A stretch of DNA of 64,000 nucleotides. Source: an uncultured Bdellovibrio sp. (GTDB lineage: Bacteria > Bdellovibrionota > Bdellovibrionia > Bdellovibrionales > Bdellovibrionaceae). Location: positions 64,001 to 128,000 of the forward strand of contig CAWVRN010000004.1 in NCBI GenBank assembly GCA_963932905.1, read 5' to 3'. The notes under the pieces were generated by a model, which ran no database searches, was not told the DNA's origin, and was given only the letters and a program-made list of their open reading frames with translations. Shown here piece after piece: positions 43,072-52,785 of the stretch (within the stretch, counting starts at the first letter, position 1; each line of letters begins with the position of its first letter). The position numbers were made by a program, and so were the translations under genes.

Positions 43072-44758
43072 ATCATATTTGTTTTATTTTGTAATTTTCG
43101 CATTTACATTTTTCTTATTCTCAATTTTCGCGATTAGAGGGGTAGATCCTCATCATGATGGTTTAATGATTAAAACCTCTATGGATGTACTGTCTGGCCA
43201 AACACTTTATAAGGACACTTTTACCCAATACGGAAGCTTAACGACATATATACAAGTTCTGTTTCTATATCTATTTGGAGCTAAATTAATTTCTCTAAAG
43301 CTAGGAACAGTGGCCGTATACTCAGCCACAGCCGTAATGCAATTTGCAATTGGACGAAAATATTTGCCCTTAGCTTTAAATATATTTTTATATTTTATTT
43401 GGTTGATCATTGCTCCCTTTTACAGAATTGATTGGGCATTTCTATCTTGGTCATCATCCTTTGCTTTATTCTTCCAAACCGCATCGACTCTATGCTTTCT
43501 GACGGCCTTGAGTTCAAAGCAAAGTCGAATATACTGTGTTCTCTCCGGAGTCTTCACTGCCGCCGTATTTTGGTGCCGAATTCCTGCCGGTATTACATTT
43601 GCCGCTGCCTATATAATTATTTTCTTTAGCTGTTTAATCCTAATAAAAAATGAATCTTTTAAAGGCTCAGCGAAAGTTATTCTGATATTAAAAAATTATA
43701 AGCACTTTTTGCTTGGGTATTTCCCGGTAATGATCTTTTTCTTTGGTCTATTATTCTTCACCGAATCACTTGGCGATTGGCATTATCAAGTTTTTGAAGC
43801 TCCAAAAATGTGGCTTAATAATTCGTTTGGGACATCGCCCTCTCGTATTCTATGGAGCTTATTTTACTCTCCGACAAGTGGCATTTTCATTACTATTTCT
43901 CTATTTGCCATTCTCATCTCAGTAAAGTTTGCAGAAAAAAAATTACCTCCCAGCAAATTAAATTTGAACTTGGTTTACCCATTAATACTATCATCTTTCA
44001 TTGTACTTACTTTTTTTATATTTAGTTCAATATCCTTTGATATTTTTGGCGGTTGGGCCTCCGCCATTCCAATCGTTTTGCTAGGATTCTTTTTCGTGAC
44101 ATGCTATGGGCTATTTTATCGAAAGAGCGTAACTTCAGAAAATCAAATAATTTTAATCTGGCTATCAATCATCGCCTTATCTTCATGGCACCAATATTTT
44201 CCCGTGACTTGCTATCGCCACATTTTCTGGGGGGTTTCTCCGGCGCTGGGACCATTTTTGATGATCTGTCTTTATATTGCTAGATTTCGTGTTTTTCCAG
44301 TTATAGTTTCCGTCGGAGTATTTATGCTTCCAATGGTTGCAGATAGAATCTCTGTAGCAAAAACGAATCTAACGTCTTCGTATGTCAAAGTAAATTCCCC
44401 AACCGTGCTATCTGGAATGTTAGTAAATAGAAGTTTATTTGAGACGATATCAACTGTTAATGAAACCATTCAAAATTATCTTTCTAGCCATCCAAATACT
44501 CCCATATTGTTAGACGGTGGAGACGCGCTCTACAATACATTCTCTAGCAACCTTAGCAATCCGGAACCTATGTTTGTATCGTGGGGCTATAGCAATAAAG
44601 AAAGTATCGCAAAAAGAGAAACCTTCATAAAGTTGCAAAAGCCGATTATTATTGTTCAATCAAGACCGGAGGAAAAGCTTCAAGAGTATAAAACTAAATT
44701 TAACTATAAAGTGATTTTGTCGGTCGACTCTATGGTCATTCTCGTTCCGACGAACTAG
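43061..44758 (+). CDS. Polytopic membrane protein, putative GT-C glycosyltransferase
   Basis: DPHHDG after TM1 and GQTLYKDTFTQYGSL loop; about 12-13 TMs plus a soluble C-terminus. Confidence 0.6.
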   Translation: MKPRSYLFYFVIFAFTFFLFSIFAIRGVDPHHDGLMIKTSMDVLSGQTLYKDTFTQYGSLTTYIQVLFLYLFGAKLISLKLGTVAVYSATAVMQFAIGRKYLPLALNIFLYFIWLIIAPFYRIDWAFLSWSSSFALFFQTASTLCFLTALSSKQSRIYCVLSGVFTAAVFWCRIPAGITFAAAYIIIFFSCLILIKNESFKGSAKVILILKNYKHFLLGYFPVMIFFFGLLFFTESLGDWHYQVFEAPKMWLNNSFGTSPSRILWSLFYSPTSGIFITISLFAILISVKFAEKKLPPSKLNLNLVYPLILSSFIVLTFFIFSSISFDIFGGWASAIPIVLLGFFFVTCYGLFYRKSVTSENQIILIWLSIIALSSWHQYFPVTCYRHIFWGVSPALGPFLMICLYIARFRVFPVIVSVGVFMLPMVADRISVAKTNLTSSYVKVNSPTVLSGMLVNRSLFETISTVNETIQNYLSSHPNTPILLDGGDALYNTFSSNLSNPEPMFVSWGYSNKESIAKRETFIKLQKPIIIVQSRPEEKLQEYKTKFNYKVILSVDSMVILVPTN

Positions 44759-44826
44759 ATAGATTTGTTTTGAGTTCCAGCAAAGGGAACTTGTAAAACT
44801 ACCCCAACTTCGATTAAATTACTCAA

Positions 44827-45858
44827 ATGAACAACACCAATATTAGCCTATTTATCAATAGTCTTCTTCCTAAACTAGAGAACAAAACTATCTTTTTAAC
44901 AGGTGGAACTGGCTTCTTTGGTCGAAGTTTTTTGGAATTTATACTCGGAATCAACTCTGTTCATAATTTGAAATTGAAAATCTATGTATTAGCCCGAGAT
45001 CCAGAGAAGTTTAAAAAACAATACCCAGAGCTAGCTCCCGACTACGTAACTTTCCAAAAGGGAGATATAGTTAACTTTGAATTTTTGGATATAGAAGTTA
45101 ACTATATTTTTCATTTTGCAACTCCAGCTAGTGCAACGATGAATATCGAAAATCCTCTTGGGATGTTTGATAATATTGTTGATGGTTCTAGGCGCATTCT
45201 AGATTTCGCAGTTAAAAGCAAATGTGAAAAATTTTTACTTACTAGTTCTGGTGCGGTATACGGAAAGCAACCGACAGAACTAACCCATATTCCAGAATCC
45301 TATATGGCTGCACCGACCACACAAAATAGCCATTCGGCTTACGGTGAAGGAAAACGGGTTGCTGAGCTTATGGGTAATATCTATTCAGACAAATATGGAT
45401 TTGAGCATAAAATTGCTCGATGCTTTGCTTTCGTAGGTCCTCACATAGACGCCAACGGGACATTTGCAATTGGAAACTTCATTCGCAATGCAGTTCAGGG
45501 AAAGGCTATTTCTATTGGTGGCGACGGAACACCTTTTCGATCTTATTTGTACAGTTCTGATTTGATAGTGTGGCTTTTGACTATTTTATTAAACGGAAAA
45601 AACAAACAACCTTATAATGTTGGCTCGGACGATGACCTTAGCATTTTAGATCTTGCTAAAAAAGTAACTCAACTTGTAAACCCATCTTTACAAATTGAAA
45701 TTGCAAAAAAAGCGCTAGATTTGTCGCGACCAGATCGATATGTCCCCAATGTTTCTTTGGCTAAAAATGAACTAGGTCTTTGTGTCTGGACGTCTTTAGA
45801 AGACTCCATTATCAAAACAGCAGCTGCTTACAAACTGCTGCTGAAGGACAAAAATTAA
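44827..45858 (+). CDS. NAD-dependent epimerase/dehydratase/reductase (extended SDR)
   Basis: TGGTGFFG, TSSGAVYG, YGEGKR, RCFAFVGP, GDGTPFRSYLY. Confidence 0.9.
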   Translation: MNNTNISLFINSLLPKLENKTIFLTGGTGFFGRSFLEFILGINSVHNLKLKIYVLARDPEKFKKQYPELAPDYVTFQKGDIVNFEFLDIEVNYIFHFATPASATMNIENPLGMFDNIVDGSRRILDFAVKSKCEKFLLTSSGAVYGKQPTELTHIPESYMAAPTTQNSHSAYGEGKRVAELMGNIYSDKYGFEHKIARCFAFVGPHIDANGTFAIGNFIRNAVQGKAISIGGDGTPFRSYLYSSDLIVWLLTILLNGKNKQPYNVGSDDDLSILDLAKKVTQLVNPSLQIEIAKKALDLSRPDRYVPNVSLAKNELGLCVWTSLEDSIIKTAAAYKLLLKDKN

Positions 45859-47657
45859 AACTCGTATTTTTTAACCATTTCATCAGACATAAATGGAGCC
45901 ATCTCATGAATCGGTTTCGATTTCATTGATCCATTTTCTAAGCGAACCGATGAAACTGTTGGAATAATGTCTTGATACGGAGGTGTAAAGACTTCGCATA
46001 CAGCAGGACCATTTGAATTCAAAACATTTTTCACTAGCGAGTCTAGCTTAGAAAACTTATCTGTCGAAGAATAAGGAAGCTCATAAGCATTTGCAATCTT
46101 GTCAGTTTTAGGAATAAATACGCCAGATTCGTAACTTGTTCCGACAAAATGGCCACTAAAGAAATTTGTTTGGGAATTACGAATACAAACATACCCATCA
46201 TTATTCACGACAAACAATTTAATATTTAAATTGTATCTCTTAAAAACTGCTAGTTCATGAATATTAGTTTGTAAGGACCCATCACCAGTAACACAAATTA
46301 CACGGCCACCACTAGCAGCTAGTGCGGCACCTGTAGCCGCTGGCAGAGCAAAGCCCATTGCACCCAGTGAACCCGAATTGATTACACGTTGACCTTTTTT
46401 AACTCGAAAAGCCTGACCAACAACATAAAATGCAGAACCGGCATCTGTGACGATAATATCATTTTCTTGGCAATGAGTATCCAAAACTTCCATAAAGTTA
46501 TAGATATTGATTTGATCTCCCTCAACTTTATGAGGCTCTTTATATACTGAAAGCTCGTTTTTAATGCGTTTACAATGCGACAACCAAGCTTCATTTGAAA
46601 CAATTTTCGTTCCGCCAACTTTTTCACTAAGCGCATTCAGAAATGTTTTTACCTCTCCCAAAATTTTATCCTGGAAGCCAACCTCTTCACGTTGTAAAAC
46701 CGCTGGATCTGGGTCGACCATAATCTTATGAGCTTTTGGCGCAAATTGATCGAGTTCATATCCAGTTGTTGTGACATGCAAACTACACCCGACTGAAATG
46801 ATTAAATCAGCAGACTGAATTGCTAAATTACCGGCACGATCACCCTTCATACCAGGGTGGCCAACAAACAAAGGATGGTCATATGGGATTATATCTTTAC
46901 CAAAACACGTCGACACAACCGGAATATTAAGTTTATTAACAAGATCTAAGAAGGTTTTCTCAGCACCTGCAACACGAACTCCATACCCAGCCAATATCAA
47001 AGGCTTCTTCGCTTTACCCAAGGCAGTAACGACCGTATCCATTGTCTGATTATTTATTGCCTTATATTTAGTGTGTTTCGGAGTTTGATCTAATTCAGAT
47101 GGATTAAACCCACGCAGCGAGGCTGGATCCACTGGCGCACCTTGAATATCAATTGGGATATCCAAGAATACACTACCTGGGCGCCCGTCCATCGCCATGA
47201 AAATCGCTTTTTCTAAGTGATAGCGAATATCTTGAGCCTTACTAACAAAGCCCGCATACTTTGTAACTGATTTTACATTTTGAATGATATCAACTTCAAA
47301 GGTTCCAAACTGTCGCAAGCCTTCTATTTTCGATCCTTCAATAGTCTGAGAAACTTTACTTTGACCAGAAATAAAAAGAACTGGAGAGGAATCTTGAAAT
47401 GCACCAACGACAGCAGTCAAAGTATTAGTGCCGCCCGGCCCGCTTGTCGCGTAACAAACCCCTAAACTGCCTGTGATTCGTGCATGAGCATCTGCCGCGA
47501 TCCCGCTAGCTTGTTCGTGGTGATTACATATGTAGGTTAAATTTTTGCGTCTACTTACAGCATCCAGCAAGTGCATCATTCCACCGCCCGAAAGTAAGAA
47601 AACGTGTTTAACACCAATATTTTCTAAATGTTCAGCTACATAGTCTGCGACTCTCAC
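45855..47657 (-). CDS. ThDP-dependent carboligase of the acetolactate-synthase superfamily (YerE-like)
   Basis: HHEQ, TSGPGGTN, GRPGSV.LDIP.DIQ, GAMGFALPA, GDGSLQTNIHEL...NNDGY; sits inside a CDP-sugar operon with no ilvN/ilvH small subunit. Confidence 0.88.
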   Translation of the reverse strand: MRVADYVAEHLENIGVKHVFLLSGGGMMHLLDAVSRRKNLTYICNHHEQASGIAADAHARITGSLGVCYATSGPGGTNTLTAVVGAFQDSSPVLFISGQSKVSQTIEGSKIEGLRQFGTFEVDIIQNVKSVTKYAGFVSKAQDIRYHLEKAIFMAMDGRPGSVFLDIPIDIQGAPVDPASLRGFNPSELDQTPKHTKYKAINNQTMDTVVTALGKAKKPLILAGYGVRVAGAEKTFLDLVNKLNIPVVSTCFGKDIIPYDHPLFVGHPGMKGDRAGNLAIQSADLIISVGCSLHVTTTGYELDQFAPKAHKIMVDPDPAVLQREEVGFQDKILGEVKTFLNALSEKVGGTKIVSNEAWLSHCKRIKNELSVYKEPHKVEGDQINIYNFMEVLDTHCQENDIIVTDAGSAFYVVGQAFRVKKGQRVINSGSLGAMGFALPAATGAALAASGGRVICVTGDGSLQTNIHELAVFKRYNLNIKLFVVNNDGYVCIRNSQTNFFSGHFVGTSYESGVFIPKTDKIANAYELPYSSTDKFSKLDSLVKNVLNSNGPAVCEVFTPPYQDIIPTVSSVRLENGSMKSKPIHEMAPFMSDEMVKKYEF

Positions 47658-48430
47658 AACGTACCACCTAACGCTCGTGTATATTGCTCTTTTATATTTA
47701 AAAAACTTTTTCCAATTAAGAAACTATCCACACCCACAACAATAAAGTTCGCACCTAACTTATGGTACTTTGAGACTTCACTAGGGTCTTGAACCATGAC
47801 ACCGGCAATACTGTTTGCATTTCTAATTTTAACTATCGAAGATTCAACAATACTCATCAATTTTGGATTTTTCATATCACCAGGTGCACCCAGTGCCACT
47901 GACAAATCATAAGATCCGATATAAACAATATCCAAATCTGGAACCTGAAGGATTTTATCTAGTTCATCAACTGCCTGCAAGGTTTCTACAATCACACCAG
48001 TTAAAGCAAATCCATTCGAGTTTCTATTTTCACTAGGGCGAACTAAAGAGTAATCGCTAACTCGTGTAAACGGATTAAAACCTCTTACACCTCTAGGAGC
48101 ATAATGAGTCAACTTAACTGCATTTTCTACTTCACTAAGACTTTTCACTTGCGGAAAAATAATTCCATGGGCACCAAGATCCATCGCCTTTTGAGTGGCA
48201 ATCGCATCAAGGCCATTGATTCTGACTAAAGGAGAACATTCATGAAGTTCACAACTGCGAATACTGGCATCAAGGCTTTCAAAACTAAATAGTCCATGCT
48301 CCATATCCAAAATTTGAAAGTCCATCTTTGCAATAGATAAAACTTCAGCATTGATGGCCGATGGAATAATCGACCAAGTACCACATACCCAACCTTGGGA
48401 CGCAATTTTTTGTTTAATAAAGTTTCTAAT
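47654..48430 (-). CDS. HpcH/HpaI class II pyruvate aldolase; probable ATT start
   Basis: DMEHG, LVR, D.GA.GII.PQV, Y.P.G.RG, IVET, YIGSYDLS. The frame extends 35 codons beyond the track's ATG (48325) and adds the conserved GTWSIIPS strand. Confidence 0.88.
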   Translation of the reverse strand: MRNFIKQKIASQGWVCGTWSIIPSAINAEVLSIAKMDFQILDMEHGLFSFESLDASIRSCELHECSPLVRINGLDAIATQKAMDLGAHGIIFPQVKSLSEVENAVKLTHYAPRGVRGFNPFTRVSDYSLVRPSENRNSNGFALTGVIVETLQAVDELDKILQVPDLDIVYIGSYDLSVALGAPGDMKNPKLMSIVESSIVKIRNANSIAGVMVQDPSEVSKYHKLGANFIVVGVDSFLIGKSFLNIKEQYTRALGGTL

Positions 48431-48462
48431 TGGATCGTCCTATTTTTAAATCTTATTTAAAT

Positions 48463-49524
48463 TTAGTTTCTATCTAATAAATACCATTGAACCGTTCGCT
48501 CAATAGCTTTGTCCAACGGGACTGTCATTTTTAGATTAAACTTATCTTGTATTTTACTTGTATCAGGCACCATACGAGTTTTTCGCATCGCCGAAGCCGT
48601 ACCAGCACAATAAATGATGTCAGTTTTAACGCTAAAATGTTTCACTACTTTTAAAGACAAATCCCTTAGGTTAACTGGTTCAGAGCTACCTAAATTATAT
48701 TTTGCTCCCGATTCAGCATTTAACAACGTCTTCAATGTCCAAAATGCCATATCTGTAGCGTACATAAAACTACGTACCGTTTCGCCATCACCTAAAACTT
48801 TTACAGATTTTCCGTTAATAGCATCATTAATAAAGCTGTTTAAGGCCCAAGGACTATTTAGAGACTGGTATGGACCAACTAAGGTAAACGGACGTAGAGT
48901 ACAAACAGGAACTCGGAATTGACTACGATAAGCCGAACACAATCCTTCCGTATAACGTTTAGCTTCAGCATAAACGCTCGAAGTAGAAGTTTCATCTACG
49001 TAGGTAAAATCACCTTCTGTCACATTCTTTTCACGATCGAAAAAGTGTCCATAGACCGAAGAAGAACTCATATTCAAAAACATTTTAAAATTAGACAGAC
49101 GATCTGTCGCTCGAAGGACAGAGTCAATTCCAAGACCTGACGAATTCATCACTTCTACTGGAGACGAGGTATGATCATGACTACTTGGGAAACCCGCCGC
49201 AAACACTACGTAATTAGTATCTTTAGGTAGTTCAACTAAGTACCGAATATCCGAACGCTGAAAATCAAACAACTTTGAGTTTAATAGATGCGGAGAGCGC
49301 GTTTTAACCTTTTCGATATCACGATCTATAATAGTAACTTTGGTGTTGAACTTATGTTCCGTGTTCAAAAAGTTAACAATTTCAGAAATCCACGTACCTA
49401 CGAATCCCGCACCACCTGGAATACATAGAGAACTATTTTTAAGACCGTCAAGTTCACTTACACTGACCGACTCAAAAAGGTCTTTAATGTCTTTTTGTAT
49501 AAAGTTAAACTGCTTGATACTCAT
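48463..49524 (-). CDS. NAD-dependent epimerase/dehydratase/reductase (extended SDR)
   Basis: PGGAGFVG, SSSSVYG, YAEAKR, RPFTLVGP, GDGETVRSFMY. Confidence 0.88.
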   Translation of the reverse strand: MSIKQFNFIQKDIKDLFESVSVSELDGLKNSSLCIPGGAGFVGTWISEIVNFLNTEHKFNTKVTIIDRDIEKVKTRSPHLLNSKLFDFQRSDIRYLVELPKDTNYVVFAAGFPSSHDHTSSPVEVMNSSGLGIDSVLRATDRLSNFKMFLNMSSSSVYGHFFDREKNVTEGDFTYVDETSTSSVYAEAKRYTEGLCSAYRSQFRVPVCTLRPFTLVGPYQSLNSPWALNSFINDAINGKSVKVLGDGETVRSFMYATDMAFWTLKTLLNAESGAKYNLGSSEPVNLRDLSLKVVKHFSVKTDIIYCAGTASAMRKTRMVPDTSKIQDKFNLKMTVPLDKAIERTVQWYLLDRN

Positions 49525-50537
49525 AGCATTGGTCCATTTTTTTGAGCCAAGTCTTTTGCTACTTCCATAATATAATCTTCCTGACCAGCGATCACCTTGC
49601 GACGACCAAGTTCAAAGAAAATATCACGAGGATCTAATTTATATTCAGCCGCAATACGAGTCACAGGCTTCATGAAACCAGAAAACACACCAGATAGACC
49701 GCTTACAATGCTCACTGAACTAATTGTTGGAGGCGCAGGCATTAATTCTTTTTCAGCTAAATCAGCGGCATCCAAAACTTTATAGAAATCAATTCCAGTT
49801 TGATACTTCATTCGGTGCAGAACTGCGACCAAAACTTCAAGTTGAGCATTTCCGGCTCCCGCGCCAAAACCGCGCGCGCAACCGTCCAGAATTTCAGCTC
49901 CACTCTCTACAGCCGTTATTGAGTTCGCAATGGCCATACCCAAATTGTTATGAGCATGAAATCCTACCGGAATATTTAAACCACCGACCAAAGTTTCAAC
50001 TCTTTCTTTAACATCTGAAGGCAAGTAATATCCAGCGGAGTCCATAAATACGATTGCTTGCGCTCCGTAAGACTCCATTTTCTTAGCTTCTTCAAGCAAG
50101 ATTTCCTTGGTCACCAAATGCGACATCATCAAAATACCGTAAACTGTTTTATCTTGTTTACGAGCGTAATCGATATGTCGTTCAGTTAAATCAGCTTCTG
50201 TACAATGAGATGCAACGCGAATAACATCAACACCGTACTCGATCGCAGGTTTTAAATCTTTTTCAATTGTTGCAAATCCAGGGATCACATGAACACCTAG
50301 CTTTGATTTTTTTAAATTTTCACGCGCTGTCCGTAAAGCTACTTCATCAGAACAAGTCGCTTCACCAAGTTGTAAAGAAGAGGCTCCGACACCGTTACCA
50401 TGACCCACTTCAATTATTGGAATTCCTGCAGCGTCTGCAGCACGACAATATTTCGCGATTTGTTCAGCAGTCAGTTTATGTCGAATCGCATGATTTCCGT
50501 CTCTTAACGTAGGATCGCTAACTAAAATTTGCTTCAT
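49521..50537 (-). CDS. dmpG: 4-hydroxy-2-oxovalerate aldolase
   Basis: DPTLRDGNHA, IEVGHGNG, RVASHCTEAD, DSAG, GFHAHNNLG, GFGAGAGNAQLE. Confidence 0.95.
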   Translation of the reverse strand: MKQILVSDPTLRDGNHAIRHKLTAEQIAKYCRAADAAGIPIIEVGHGNGVGASSLQLGEATCSDEVALRTARENLKKSKLGVHVIPGFATIEKDLKPAIEYGVDVIRVASHCTEADLTERHIDYARKQDKTVYGILMMSHLVTKEILLEEAKKMESYGAQAIVFMDSAGYYLPSDVKERVETLVGGLNIPVGFHAHNNLGMAIANSITAVESGAEILDGCARGFGAGAGNAQLEVLVAVLHRMKYQTGIDFYKVLDAADLAEKELMPAPPTISSVSIVSGLSGVFSGFMKPVTRIAAEYKLDPRDIFFELGRRKVIAGQEDYIMEVAKDLAQKNGPML

Positions 50538-51418
50538 ACAAATAACTCCTTGTTTTGCATTTTGCTGGCATACTCTTCTGCCATTGCAACAGCCGCACAG
50601 TTAATAATATCTAAATTACCCGCGTACTCCGGCAGATAATCTCCTAAGCCTTTTACTCGAATGGTAGTGAAAATACGTCCATCCTCTAAAATCGGACCAA
50701 CGATAACTTCATAACCAGGAACATACTTTTTAATGGCTTGCTCCAACTCTTTAACTGCTTTTTGAAGAGCTGGCATATCTGGATTATCGACTTTCGCCAT
50801 AACCGTAGTTTGCATATTAATGCATGGAACTGCTGGGTTAAGATTTAAAATGGCTTTTGTACGTTTAGCGCCAGAAAACTTCTTAACTCCGCCTTCAGTT
50901 GTGTGAATGTACTCATCTAAATTGATACGAGTAGCACGGCCCGCGCTACGAGAAGCAATTGAAGATACAACTTCAATATAATCCACAGACTTTTGTGTTT
51001 TTCCGATAGCATAAGCTATTGGAATAGACGCTTGCCCACCGCATGTGACCATATTTACATTTTGCAAATTTGCGCATTCTTTCAAATTAACTGCTGGAAC
51101 ACACATCTCACCAACTTTAGCCGGAGTTAAGTCGATTACTTTTTTTCCTAGGCGTTCCAAAATCGGTGCATGCTCAAGATGACTAGCCGCTGACGTCGCA
51201 TCGAAAACGATATCACAACACCCAGGATTATTCACAATGTACGCGATACCTTCTGCTGAAACAGGAACATTCAAAGATTGAGCTTTTAGAATTCCTTGGG
51301 ATCCAAGATTTCTTCCAATAAAAGCGCCTGCCTCCAACTGTCTTGAACGCAGTACTTTAACCAGCAAATCAGCCCCGATATTACCCGTTCCTAAAATTGC
51401 TACTTTAATTTTTTTCAC
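50534..51418 (-). CDS. dmpF: Acetaldehyde dehydrogenase (acylating)
   Basis: GTGNIGADL, FDATSA, IDLTPA, NVNMVTCGGQA (catalytic Cys), SAG.ATR.N.DE, GDYLPEYAGNLDI. Confidence 0.95.
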   Translation of the reverse strand: MKKIKVAILGTGNIGADLLVKVLRSRQLEAGAFIGRNLGSQGILKAQSLNVPVSAEGIAYIVNNPGCCDIVFDATSAASHLEHAPILERLGKKVIDLTPAKVGEMCVPAVNLKECANLQNVNMVTCGGQASIPIAYAIGKTQKSVDYIEVVSSIASRSAGRATRINLDEYIHTTEGGVKKFSGAKRTKAILNLNPAVPCINMQTTVMAKVDNPDMPALQKAVKELEQAIKKYVPGYEVIVGPILEDGRIFTTIRVKGLGDYLPEYAGNLDIINCAAVAMAEEYASKMQNKELFV

Positions 51419-51426
51419 ACTGCCCC

Positions 51427-52773
51427 CTATTTAACTTGCTCTTTAATAGCTGTTTCCAATTGTTCTAACATGTAATCCAATTTCTTTTGATCCAATGCGG
51501 GATGAACACCAATCCAAAAAACTCTGTTCATAATTGTATCTGTATTTTTCAAATCCCCGTGAACACGATAATTTACATTTTTATACGCTGGTTGCTTAGT
51601 TAAGTTACCTGCGAACAAAAGGCGTGTCCCTACTTTTTTATTTTCTAAACTAGCTACGATTTTTTCACGATTCAATGATTCGTGACAAATCATCGGAAAT
51701 CCAAACCAACTTGGCTCAGTTCCTGGCGTTGGTTCAATCGGAGACAGAAGTTCGCTCAATAAAGGTGAACTTTTAATACCTTTATACAAGTAACTCCAAT
51801 TCGCGCGACGTTTTTCAATAAACCCATCTAATTTCTTAAGCTGAGCCACACCTAACGCCGCCTGCATATCAGTAACTTTTAAATTGTAACCCACCTGCGA
51901 ATAAATATATTTATGATCGTAGCCATCGGGAAGGCTGCCCAACTGCCAATTAAAGCGTTTCTTACAGGTGTTGTCTTTTCCAGGTTCACACCAGCAATCA
52001 CGACCCCAGTCACGAATACTTTCTGCAATTTTTTTAAAGCGGCCATCACGTGAAAGAACAGCTCCTCCTTCACCCATAGTAATATGATGAGCCGGATAGA
52101 AACTTGTTGTTGCATAATCAGAAAATGAGCCTACGGCGCGGCCTTGAACTTTGGCACCCAAGGCATCACAGCAATCCTCTACAAGGTAAAGATTTTCCTT
52201 CTGACACCATTCTTGAAGAATATCTGAACGATATGGATTACCCAAAGTATGAGCCAAAACAACGGCTTTAGTTTTAGAAGTTTTAGCCGCCATGATTTTT
52301 TCCGGCAATGCATTGATAGTTTGAAGATCAACATCAACAAATACAGGTGTCCAACCATTTTGCACAATTGGATTTACAGTTGTAGGGAAACCGGCTGCGA
52401 CGGTGATTACCTCATCGCCAGGTTGAATAGGTTCTTTTCCAAAATCACGAAGTAAGTGTGATCCTAAAGAACTTACTGCCACTAAATTTGCACTAGAACC
52501 GCTATTCACTAAAAGTGCTTTTGTTTGACGATCAAAGTATTTGGGAAATGCGGCTTCGAAGTCGCGGCCAAAGCGACCAGCTGTTAACCACATATCTAGA
52601 GACGCTTCTAATAACAATCCAAGATCATCGGAATCCACAACTTTAGCTGTTACCGGGATATAGGATTCGCCTGGAACAAATGCTGGCTGTTGCGCCATTT
52701 TGCCATCGTAATATTTTTTAGCCAAGTTGATGATGGCGTCCCTTTGTTCTTGATCAGCACTTTTAGATATCAT
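51427..52773 (-). CDS. rfbH: CDP-4-keto-6-deoxy-D-glucose 3-dehydrase (E1, DdhC/AscC)
   Basis: WLTAGRF, VNSGSSANL, AHTLGNP, EDCCDALG, SFYPAHHITMGEGG (His in place of the PLP Lys), RDWGRDCWC...NTC Fe-S motif, YDHKY. Confidence 0.95.
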   Translation of the reverse strand: MISKSADQEQRDAIINLAKKYYDGKMAQQPAFVPGESYIPVTAKVVDSDDLGLLLEASLDMWLTAGRFGRDFEAAFPKYFDRQTKALLVNSGSSANLVAVSSLGSHLLRDFGKEPIQPGDEVITVAAGFPTTVNPIVQNGWTPVFVDVDLQTINALPEKIMAAKTSKTKAVVLAHTLGNPYRSDILQEWCQKENLYLVEDCCDALGAKVQGRAVGSFSDYATTSFYPAHHITMGEGGAVLSRDGRFKKIAESIRDWGRDCWCEPGKDNTCKKRFNWQLGSLPDGYDHKYIYSQVGYNLKVTDMQAALGVAQLKKLDGFIEKRRANWSYLYKGIKSSPLLSELLSPIEPTPGTEPSWFGFPMICHESLNREKIVASLENKKVGTRLLFAGNLTKQPAYKNVNYRVHGDLKNTDTIMNRVFWIGVHPALDQKKLDYMLEQLETAIKEQVK

Positions 52774-52785
52774 TTCTTCCTCTTA

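Noticed and set aside
45855..47657. ilvB/ilvI for branched-chain amino-acid synthesis
   Set aside because: No regulatory subunit or other ilv/leu genes; context indicates a YerE-like carboligase.
49521..51418. dmpFG as evidence of aromatic-compound degradation
   Set aside because: No dioxygenase, hydrolase, hydratase or tautomerase nearby; the genes are embedded in a sugar operon.
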